Virus record (IMG/VR): IMGVR_UViG_3300045988_068338
Length of the DNA stretch: 39,393 bases
Source of the DNA: a virus
Reading direction: 5' to 3' (one strand)
Shown: piece after piece, positions 33,403-39,393 of the stretch
Layout: each line of letters begins with the position of its first letter
Numbering within the stretch: the first letter of the stretch is position 1
Notes under the pieces: model-generated
Seen by the model: only the letters and a program-made list of their open reading frames with translations
Database searches by the model: none
What the model was told of the DNA's origin: nothing
Program-made: the position numbers and the translations under genes

Positions 33403-33418
33403 ATATAGGGATATAGGG
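33403..33418 (+). repeat. Tandem ATATAGGG ATATAGGG upstream of the TR
   Basis: Copies at 33403-33410 and 33411-33418. GGGATATAGG (33408-17) is the exact complement of 33593-33602. Confidence 0.8.
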
Positions 33419-33445
33419 TGCGGTGTCGGGCGGTGTTCCTGCTCC

Positions 33446-33563
33446 CTGCGGTCGCCCTTGTCGGCGGTAACTGTAACAATGGCGAGAACTGCGGTGCGGA
33501 TTACTTGAATTTGAACAATTCTGCGGGCAATGCGAACTGGAACATCGGTGCGTCCAATTTCTT
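33446..33563 (+). repeat. DGR template repeat (TR)
   Basis: Non-coding copy of the VR. It has 26 adenines and 11 AAC/AAT codons when read in the VR frame. It lies 125 nt upstream of the RT start. Confidence 0.93.
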
Positions 33564-33592
33564 CTCATATCGGAGCGTTTAATCAAATGCAG

Positions 33593-33637
33593 CCTATATC
33601 CCACGCCACAAGGCGAAAATCATTCCGGATATAGGGT
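33593..33637 (+). repeat. CCTATATCCC / GGATATAGGGT inverted pair between the TR and the RT
   Basis: 33593-33601 pairs with 33627-35 (9 bp, 25-nt loop containing a CGCC-ACAA-GGCG mini-hairpin). The third ATATAGGG copy is at 33629-36. Confidence 0.7.
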
Positions 33638-33688
33638 CGGTTGAGTAAGCATCCGCACAAAAACCGATAGGAGATAAGAAAATACTAC

Positions 33689-35074
33689 ATGAGAAGTTAC
33701 AACAACCTATATGAACCAATGTTACAAGACGACTACATAAAACAGTGTTTTATAAATGCATCCAAAAAGAAAAAGAACAGGAATGATGTGCGGGAGGTAT
33801 TAGAGAACCTCGATGAACACACAGAACTCTTGAAAAAGATGTTGACAGAGGAGTTGTTCATTCCGGACTATCACAAACCAAGCATCATCAACGAGAGCAG
33901 CAGCAAGAAAACACGCCGTATATTGAAACCACATTACAAATACGAGCAGGTTATTCATCATTGTGCAATAGGTCAGTTCAAACCGATTGTGATGAATGGA
34001 TTGTATGAATTTTCATGCGGGAGCATTCCGGACAGGGGTGTTCATTATGGAAAGAAGTACATGAGAAAATGGCTTGATTCCTACGACGGAAAGAAATTCT
34101 TTGTTCTCAAGATGGATGTTCACCATTTCTTTGAATCCATAAACCGGAGAATCCTCAAAAGGAAACTCAAAGAGGTAATTCGAGATAAACGGTTTTATAG
34201 ATTACTCTGCATACTGATTGAACATGACAAAATAGCACTCGTTGCAAAGATTTTGACGGATGCAGGTGTTGAGATAGATGCAGAACAGACGAAAACGCTT
34301 GTCGGATGCATAGCATTTGACGACATCTCCGGAGCGTTGGAGATATTGCAGGAAATCGGCATCACAGGAGCGATGTTCGATGAACTGAAAGAAATTATTG
34401 AGGAGATGCGAAAAGGCGTTCCGTTGGGATATTTCACATCACAATGGTTCGGCAATTTTTACTTGAAAACACTCGACCACTACATCAAAGAGAAACTCCG
34501 TGCAGAACATTACATGCGATACATGGACGACATGGTGATACTGGGAAAGAGCAAAAAGAAACTACACAAAATACATGCAGCAATCGAAACATATCTGAAT
34601 GACAACCTCGACCTTGAAATAAAAGGCGATTGGCAGGTGTTTAGATTTGAATATCCGGTATTTGATAAAGGCGGGAATCCGGTACTTGATAAAGACGGAA
34701 AGCAGGTCACAAAGGGTCGTATGCTTGATTTTATGGGATTTCAATTTCACCATGACCGGACAACCATCCGGAAATCAAACATTGAGGCTGCGAGACGCAA
34801 GGCAAACCATATCTCAAAGCAGGATAAAATCTCATGGTATAACGCATCGGTGATGTTGTCATATATGGGATTGTTCAAACACACAGACACATACAACTAT
34901 TACATTGATTACATCAAACCGAAAATCAATGTCAAGAAACTCAAGAGGATAGTTTCAAAGCATAGCAGAAAGGAGAACGAACATGACAGACTGGAAAAAG
35001 GTGACAGGAACACAGCCGGACAAGCCGGAGGAGGTCGACAGGACATCGTCGCCGTCAACGGTTTACCTGCGTAA
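33689..35074 (+). CDS. DGR-type reverse transcriptase (461 aa)
   Basis: KMDVHHFFESI, then GVPLGYFTSQ ([ILV]GxxxSQ DGR signature), then YMDD (34520-34531), then FMGFQF. The N-terminus ...KKTRRILKPHYKYEQVIHHCI... is typical of RT fingers. Confidence 0.93.
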   Translation: MRSYNNLYEPMLQDDYIKQCFINASKKKKNRNDVREVLENLDEHTELLKKMLTEELFIPDYHKPSIINESSSKKTRRILKPHYKYEQVIHHCAIGQFKPIVMNGLYEFSCGSIPDRGVHYGKKYMRKWLDSYDGKKFFVLKMDVHHFFESINRRILKRKLKEVIRDKRFYRLLCILIEHDKIALVAKILTDAGVEIDAEQTKTLVGCIAFDDISGALEILQEIGITGAMFDELKEIIEEMRKGVPLGYFTSQWFGNFYLKTLDHYIKEKLRAEHYMRYMDDMVILGKSKKKLHKIHAAIETYLNDNLDLEIKGDWQVFRFEYPVFDKGGNPVLDKDGKQVTKGRMLDFMGFQFHHDRTTIRKSNIEAARRKANHISKQDKISWYNASVMLSYMGLFKHTDTYNYYIDYIKPKINVKKLKRIVSKHSRKENEHDRLEKGDRNTAGQAGGGRQDIVAVNGLPA

Positions 35075-35309
35075 GAACATCGAACAGGTGACAAGAGAGG
35101 TTGAGGGCAGCGACGGAAAGATGCAGACAGTGACCGAATGGCAGTACGACGAGAAAGAAATGACAGTCAAGGAATATGAGAACATGGCACTCATGAAGTC
35201 AGTCGTTGAGGAGAACACATCCGGAATCGTCGAATCAGTGACACAGTTTCAGAAAGATGCGGTCATTGACGAATACACACAGCAGTTGATTGAGGAGGGG
35301 TTGATTTAG
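34983..35309 (+). CDS. Hypothetical acidic protein (XkdW-like position)
   Basis: RBS AAGGAG. The start lies 92 nt inside the 3' end of the RT ORF. It is followed by an XkdX-like gene. Confidence 0.5.
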   Translation: MTDWKKVTGTQPDKPEEVDRTSSPSTVYLRKNIEQVTREVEGSDGKMQTVTEWQYDEKEMTVKEYENMALMKSVVEENTSGIVESVTQFQKDAVIDEYTQQLIEEGLI

Positions 35310-35310
35310 T

Positions 35311-35463
35311 ATGAAAATACTTGTTGAAAGTCTCAAAAGAATGTACAAAAAAGGCACTCTCACAAAGGAACAGATTTCCGAGCGTGTCGCAAAGGGCAGT
35401 ATTTCAGCGGATGAATATGAATATATCACAGGAGAAAAATTCTCCGGCGGTGATACAGAATGA
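35311..35463 (+). CDS. XkdX-family small phage protein (50 aa)
   Basis: ...KGTLTKEQISERVAKGSISADEYEYITGEKF matches the XkdX pattern (T.EQ......G.IT.EEY..ITGE). It falls below the ORF-track cutoff. Confidence 0.6.
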   Translation: MKILVESLKRMYKKGTLTKEQISERVAKGSISADEYEYITGEKFSGGDTE

Positions 35464-35705
35464 GTCCGCTTGAAATAATATCACGATTGTGCGATGTGAC
35501 GGAAAATCTATCGGCAATCGTGAAAAAACAGCAAACAATCATTGAACAGTCGAAAATCGAGGAGACGGTCAGAGCGGAACTCCGGCAGGAGGTAGAGGAG
35601 ACAGACAGGGAGATGGATGTTCTCGAATATCACATGCGGAAATATTGCGACACCGACGACATCGAGGCGACAGAGTTCGGAAAGGAGAACGCCGTTGACG
35701 ATTGA
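35460..35705 (+). CDS. Hypothetical acidic protein (81 aa)
   Basis: ATGA overlap with the XkdX-like gene. Confidence 0.55.
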   Translation: MSPLEIISRLCDVTENLSAIVKKQQTIIEQSKIEETVRAELRQEVEETDREMDVLEYHMRKYCDTDDIEATEFGKENAVDD

Positions 35706-36000
35706 GATTTCCCTGTTGCTCTCCGGAGTATCTGTTGCGTTTGCGATTTTTTTCGGTATCTGCTCAAAGCAGAGAAATGAGAAAAAGGACACACAGGAAG
35801 ATGCGGAACAGAGAGCAACAACCGACACGATGGTGATGGTGAAACTTGAGAACATCGCAGACGACCTCAAAGACATCAAACGGGAATCGAGAGAGAACCG
35901 TGAGGAGATGAAAACATTGAGAGAGCGTGTTGTCATTGTGGAACAGTCACTCAAGAGTTATCACAAGAGACTGGACGGAGAACAGCATTCCGACCGATAA
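35695..36000 (+). CDS. Membrane-anchored coiled-coil protein (XhlA-like, holin-associated?)
   Basis: TTG start 35695 after AAGGAG. N-terminal TM segment (ISLLLSGVSVAFAIFFGI), then a coiled coil LENIADDLKDIKRESRENREEMKTLRERV. Confidence 0.45.
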   Translation: MTIEISLLLSGVSVAFAIFFGICSKQRNEKKDTQEDAEQRATTDTMVMVKLENIADDLKDIKRESRENREEMKTLRERVVIVEQSLKSYHKRLDGEQHSDR

Positions 36001-36051
36001 CAGGAGGGCAGGAAACGGGCAAGAATCAACCTCACAGAAAAGAGGCAATAC

Positions 36052-36405
36052 ATGAGAATGACAGAACAGGAACGTCGCATCAGAATCCGGCATATGAAAA
36101 GAATGTATCGGATAAGAGAGCGAAAAGAGAGACATGACAAAAAGGTGTCCGGTCTGTTCATGAAACGTGTTGTATTCACTTTGATTCTTGCAGCATTTAT
36201 CTTTACAGTCGTGATGATATTTGTGTTTTTACGGATGGGTTCAGAGCCGTCGACACTGATTGAGAATGTATTCAGATTTCTTTCAGTTGAGGGCGGTGCA
36301 ATGGCACTCATTAAGTCCGTGAAAACGGTCAAGGGAACAAAGTCAAACGGAGAAATACAACACAATGACGAACCGGAACAGGATGACGAGGAGGTACAAG
36401 GATGA
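36052..36405 (+). CDS. Membrane protein, holin candidate
   Basis: Arg-rich N-terminus, one strong TM segment (VVFTLILAAFIFTVVMIFVFL), acidic C-terminus. Confidence 0.5.
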   Translation: MRMTEQERRIRIRHMKRMYRIRERKERHDKKVSGLFMKRVVFTLILAAFIFTVVMIFVFLRMGSEPSTLIENVFRFLSVEGGAMALIKSVKTVKGTKSNGEIQHNDEPEQDDEEVQG

Positions 36406-36767
36406 AATACATCGTCGAGAATTGGTTTGTGATTGTGGGTCTGATTGCGGTATGTGCAGCGGGAGGATATGCAGTATATGTTTTCGTGAAAATGCCGTCA
36501 GACAAGCAGTTGAACAAAGTGAGAGAATGGTTGCTCTATGCAGTCACAAAGGCAGAAAAAGAACTGGGAGGCGGTACAGGTCAAATCAAGCTGCGTTATG
36601 TATATGACATGTTTGTCGCAAGGTTTGCGTGGCTTGCGAGAGTGATTTCTTTTGAGGCTTTTTCGATGATGGTCGACGAGGCACTTGAGAGAATGAAAAA
36701 GATGCTTGAGAGCAACAAAGCGATGCAGACGCTTGTGAGCGGTGAGGCAGGTGAGGTCAATGAGTAA
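36402..36767 (+). CDS. Holin candidate (LL-H-family-like)
   Basis: N-terminal TM segment (WFVIVGLIAVCAAGGYAVYVFV) followed by a soluble helical domain. ATGA overlap with the upstream gene. Confidence 0.55.
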   Translation: MKYIVENWFVIVGLIAVCAAGGYAVYVFVKMPSDKQLNKVREWLLYAVTKAEKELGGGTGQIKLRYVYDMFVARFAWLARVISFEAFSMMVDEALERMKKMLESNKAMQTLVSGEAGEVNE

Positions 36768-37122
36768 AATCGTAGACTTTTTCGTGCAGAACGCAAGGAC
36801 AATCGGGATTGTGTACGTTGTGGGTGCGGTCGTCGTATTTTTAGCGATGACAGCGTTTTACATTTGGGTCGACAGGGCAAGCAAAAAGGAACAGGAGCTT
36901 TACTACGACGAATATTATTATCCGGATGACAAATTTGCGGAAAGAATGTCGGTGGTAGTATGGTTCATTCTTTCATTGGGATGTGCGATTTTATGGGTCG
37001 GTATTCCGTTACTGATTTGCGGGTTGATTGTGTACACAGAACTTGAGGAACATTGTCCGGAACTTATGGGAGACATGACGGACAGAAACACAGAAGAATT
37101 TGACAAGGAGGAAAACAAATGA
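36760..37122 (+). CDS. Three-TM membrane protein, holin/antiholin candidate
   Basis: Start moved to ATG 36760 (MSKIVDF). TM segments IGIVYVVGAVVVFLAMTAFYIW and VVVWFILSLGCAILWVGIPLLICGLIVY. Confidence 0.5.
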   Translation: MSKIVDFFVQNARTIGIVYVVGAVVVFLAMTAFYIWVDRASKKEQELYYDEYYYPDDKFAERMSVVVWFILSLGCAILWVGIPLLICGLIVYTELEEHCPELMGDMTDRNTEEFDKEENK

Positions 37123-37925
37123 TTTCAAATTGCGGACATGATGAAAATAACAGATACAGCGGAGGAAAAGCAGGAGACCAGACAGGTACAGAGTGGAGGG
37201 TTATAAATTGGTATAACAGACCGTGGAAATGTGTCCTCCGTCATCCGGATGCAAAGGTCAGAAAAATGATTGCGAGCATGGCAAAGGCAGCAGCAGTCAA
37301 CAATAAAATCGGATATGACCAGTCAGAGAGATACACATTTTGGGAGCATCTCAAGGCATCGAATTACGACCCTGCACAAATCACGATTGCGTGTGAGGCA
37401 GATTGTTCATCCGGTGTCGCTGCAATCGTAAAGGGAGCAGGTTACAGACTGGGAAATGAGAAAATGAAGAATGTGAGCATTTATCTCTATACCGGAAACA
37501 TGAGAGCGGGTCTCAAGGCAGCAGGATTCGAGGTGTTGACAGATAGCAAATATCTGACATCGGATGCGTATTTGCTTGAGGGAGACATCCTCCTCAATGA
37601 CAATGCTCACGTTGCAACAAACCTCACGGACGGAGCGAAGTCATCCGGAACAGGTGCATCCAACACAACACCAGTCAAGAGCAATACAAAGGTCGACGTT
37701 GCACACGGGTTCAACAAGAGCCTTGCAGGAACTTATAAGGTGACTGCATCCGGATTGAATCTCCGTGCGGGAGCAGGAACAGGAAAGTCAATCCTTGCGG
37801 TGATGAAAAACGGCGAGAAAGTCCAGTGCTATGGATATTATAACGATTGCAACGGTGTGAAATGGTTGTATGTGGTTTACAAGAACATCGTCGGATATGC
37901 GTCAAGCAAGTATTTGAGCAAATAG
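37119..37925 (+). CDS. Endolysin: N-terminal peptidoglycan hydrolase/amidohydrolase-like domain plus C-terminal SH3b domain
   Basis: SNCGHDENNRYSGGKAGDQTGTEW N-terminal pattern. C-terminal YKVTASGLNLRAGAGTGKSILAVMKNGEKV...WLYVVYKNIVGYASSKYL is SH3b-like. It follows the holin candidates. Confidence 0.8.
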   Translation: MISNCGHDENNRYSGGKAGDQTGTEWRVINWYNRPWKCVLRHPDAKVRKMIASMAKAAAVNNKIGYDQSERYTFWEHLKASNYDPAQITIACEADCSSGVAAIVKGAGYRLGNEKMKNVSIYLYTGNMRAGLKAAGFEVLTDSKYLTSDAYLLEGDILLNDNAHVATNLTDGAKSSGTGASNTTPVKSNTKVDVAHGFNKSLAGTYKVTASGLNLRAGAGTGKSILAVMKNGEKVQCYGYYNDCNGVKWLYVVYKNIVGYASSKYLSK

Positions 37926-37936
37926 GAGGGATAATC

Positions 37937-38590
37937 ATGTTATACTATTTAGACAAAGGAACAGAGTTCAAGAAAGAGGACTGCAAAGAGTACAAGACCA
38001 TCGAGGGAGCAATGAAAGCAGCAGCAAAGGACGAGAGTTTTGTTGTGCGGGATGAAAACGGAAACGTCATCGGCTCACTCACGGACAATGTTCCGGAGGG
38101 AGCATTGCAGACAAATCCGGACGGCAGCGTCAACACATACGATGCGGACGGAAACAAGGTCGGAACAGTCGATGCGGAAACCGTTGAGAAAATGACAACA
38201 TTTGAGAGTGACGAGGATGCAGCAGGGCAGCAGGAGGACGCAGAGAACGGGGGAACAGCCTCAAACGATGCAGAGACGACAAATCCTCCGTCTGAACCGG
38301 AAACGGGCGAGAATGGGGCAAATACAGAGCCACAGGAGGCAGAGGACGAACCGGAGGACAAAGTCATCATCCCGCAGGGAAAAATGAAAGTGACGGTCAT
38401 TTGCGACGGCTCACTCAATATCAGACGTTCCGCAGCGTGGGGCAATGAGAACATCTGCGGTCGTGCTATCAGAGGACAGTCATATTATGTGAAAGAGAGT
38501 CATGTTGTGGACGGAAAGAAGATGGTCAGAACAATCGGCGACCTTTACCTCTCCGGAGAATCGGAGCATGTACAATTCGAGCAGTTATAA
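37937..38590 (+). CDS. Hypothetical protein with acidic linker and C-terminal SH3b-like domain
   Basis: Start moved to ATG 37937 (MLYYLDK), which follows AGGAGGG. C-terminus VICDGSLNIRRSAAWGNENICGRAIRGQSYYV..VVDGKKMVR. Confidence 0.6.
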   Translation: MLYYLDKGTEFKKEDCKEYKTIEGAMKAAAKDESFVVRDENGNVIGSLTDNVPEGALQTNPDGSVNTYDADGNKVGTVDAETVEKMTTFESDEDAAGQQEDAENGGTASNDAETTNPPSEPETGENGANTEPQEAEDEPEDKVIIPQGKMKVTVICDGSLNIRRSAAWGNENICGRAIRGQSYYVKESHVVDGKKMVRTIGDLYLSGESEHVQFEQL

Positions 38591-38610
38591 GAGCATACAG
38601 ACAAAAAAGA

Positions 38611-38638
38611 GGACGGCATCCGGAAACGGGTGTCGTCC
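38611..38638. terminator. Terminator between convergent late and hicAB transcripts
   Basis: 12-bp stem GGACGGCATCCG / CGGGTGTCGTCC (two G-T pairs) with a GAAA tetraloop. A-run 38603-38608 gives a U-tract for the minus-strand (hicB) transcript. Confidence 0.8.
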
Positions 38639-38654
38639 TTGTGCTATAATGGAT

Positions 38655-39056
38655 TTATGAACGTGCTTGAATTTTGGCAATCAACGCATCCTGCAAAACT
38701 TTTGAATAGTTGATACCGTAATTTTCACATGCAGTATTGAGCCATGCAGGAATACTCAAAGTTTTCTTGACCGCTTTGTCATTGTACGCACGGGCGTATT
38801 CGTCGAGGTTGACACAAATCAAATTGACAAGTGCTGCATCCTCGTCCTTTTCAACTGCATCAAGAGGGGTCGGAGCGGGAAGAACATCACCATCACGCAA
38901 GGATGTGAATAAATACTGACCGCAAGCCTCTTGAGCCATTGCGAAAGCGTCCGCAAGGTTATCTCCGTAAGTTGCTAAATCATTGAGGTCGGGGAAAATA
39001 ACTGAATATTTCCCGTCGCCCTCCGGATAAAAAACAGCAGGATAAATATAATTCAT
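38655..39056 (-). CDS. hicB: HicB-family antitoxin
   Basis: MNYIYPAVFYPEGDGKYSVIFPDL....YGDNLADAFAMAQEA N-terminal HicB fold pattern. The C-terminal ~45 aa look like a ribbon-helix-helix-type DNA-binding tail. Confidence 0.9.
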   Translation of the reverse strand: MNYIYPAVFYPEGDGKYSVIFPDLNDLATYGDNLADAFAMAQEACGQYLFTSLRDGDVLPAPTPLDAVEKDEDAALVNLICVNLDEYARAYNDKAVKKTLSIPAWLNTACENYGINYSKVLQDALIAKIQARS

Positions 39057-39089
39057 GATAACGCTCCTTTCTTTAATGGGTGGCAGGTC

Positions 39090-39272
39090 TCATTTGAGAC
39101 CCGCCTGTTTGAGTATGGAGTTGACAACCCTTTGAGGAATGTCGCCTCGATGATTTGGGATTGTAACTTTTCCCGTTTTGGTTGGGTGTTTGTATTGGTG
39201 ATGTGAACCTCTCACATCTACTAACTCCCATCCGTCATTGAGGACTATTTTTTCAATTTCTCGAAATCTCAT
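39090..39272 (-). CDS. hicA: HicA-family mRNA interferase toxin
   Basis: Start moved to ATG 39272 (MRFREIEK), which follows AAGGAGGAAAC. GW..V...GSHHQYKHP...G.VTIPNH..DIP......ILKQAGL is the classic HicA pattern. Confidence 0.9.
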   Translation of the reverse strand: MRFREIEKIVLNDGWELVDVRGSHHQYKHPTKTGKVTIPNHRGDIPQRVVNSILKQAGLK

Positions 39273-39298
39273 TTGTATTGTTTCCTCCTTACAAGTAT

Positions 39299-39327
39299 AT
39301 AATAACACGTATTTTACGTAATGTCAA
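39299..39327 (-). promoter_or_regulatory. hicAB promoter
   Basis: On the minus strand: TTGACA (39322-39327), 17 nt, TATTAT (39299-39304), about 27 nt upstream of the hicA ATG. Confidence 0.7.
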
Positions 39328-39349
39328 TAAAAATATACGTAAAATACGT
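39307..39349. promoter_or_regulatory. Perfect 14-bp inverted repeat bracketing the hicAB -35 box (same as nt 13-55)
   Basis: ACGTATTTTACGTA (39307-39320) and TACGTAAAATACGT (39336-39349) with a 15-bp spacer. One arm fills the promoter spacer and the other lies upstream of -35. Confidence 0.7.
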
Positions 39350-39393
39350 AAAAATAACAGAGATTTTCATACTACTAAATTGAACCTACCGAC

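Larger units (their letters stand above)
32029..35074 (+). other. Diversity-generating retroelement (target gene/VR - TR - RT), no avd seen
   Basis: The VR/TR pair shows adenine-only mismatches, and a DGR-signature reverse transcriptase lies adjacent. Confidence 0.9.
1..39294. mobile_element. Complete temperate siphovirus-type phage genome (unit length 39294 bp; the rest of the window is a 99-bp overlap)
   Basis: All modules are present in canonical order: integrase, CI/Cro-type switch, replication/partition, HNH-TerS-TerL-portal-protease-capsid, head-tail joining, tail, tape measure, Dit/Tal, fibres, lysis. An exact terminal repeat closes the circle. Confidence 0.9.
39295..39393. repeat. 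Direct terminal repeat, copy 2 (identical to 1..99)
   Basis: 99/99 identity with the window start. Confidence 0.97.

Noticed and set aside
33311-33604. 97-aa minus-strand ORF lying between the DGR target gene and the RT, where an Avd accessory gene might be expected
   Set aside because: It runs antisense straight through the TR and the post-VR hairpins and has no RBS. Its Pro/Arg/Ser-rich product looks like the translation of GC-rich repeat DNA. Avd genes are co-oriented with the TR and RT and encode basic helical bundles.

Overview
The window is one complete, circularly closed genome of a temperate siphovirus-type phage or excised prophage. The host looks Gram-positive and Firmicutes-like, because GGAGG-type RBSs precede almost every gene. 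Nt 1-99 recur exactly at 39295-39393, so the unit length is 39,294 bp. The minus-strand lysogeny end carries a large serine integrase and a membrane-protein moron. Next come two XRE-type regulators with a CI/Cro-like divergent promoter/operator region. The early module encodes an HUH rolling-circle Rep-like protein, a membrane-anchored SLT lytic transglycosylase, a VRR-NUC nuclease, ParA, an orphan C5-cytosine methyltransferase and a ParB-like protein with a DUF3850/ASCH-like tail. It also encodes a MazF/PemK-like protein with a coiled-coil tail and no obvious antitoxin, SSB, and a sigma-like late activator. The structural block runs HNH, TerS(P27), TerL, portal, ClpP-type protease, HK97-type capsid, head-tail joining genes, major tail, frameshifted chaperones, a 1121-aa tape measure, Dit, Tal and a BppU-like fibre. 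A multi-membrane-protein lysis cassette with an SH3b endolysin follows, then a convergent hicAB pair. The headline feature is a diversity-generating retroelement (DGR) in the tail-fibre module. A 118-nt variable repeat (33185-33302) at the 3' end of a 431-aa fibre-tip gene aligns without gaps to a template repeat (33446-33563). There are 15 mismatches, and every one falls at a TR adenine. A 461-aa reverse transcriptase with the DGR-type LGYFTSQ and YMDD motifs follows. This DGR has no visible avd gene, an enlarged RT, and a distinctive set of ATATAGGG-type repeats bracketing the TR. All protein family calls come from motif recognition by eye; no database search or computation beyond hand counting was possible.
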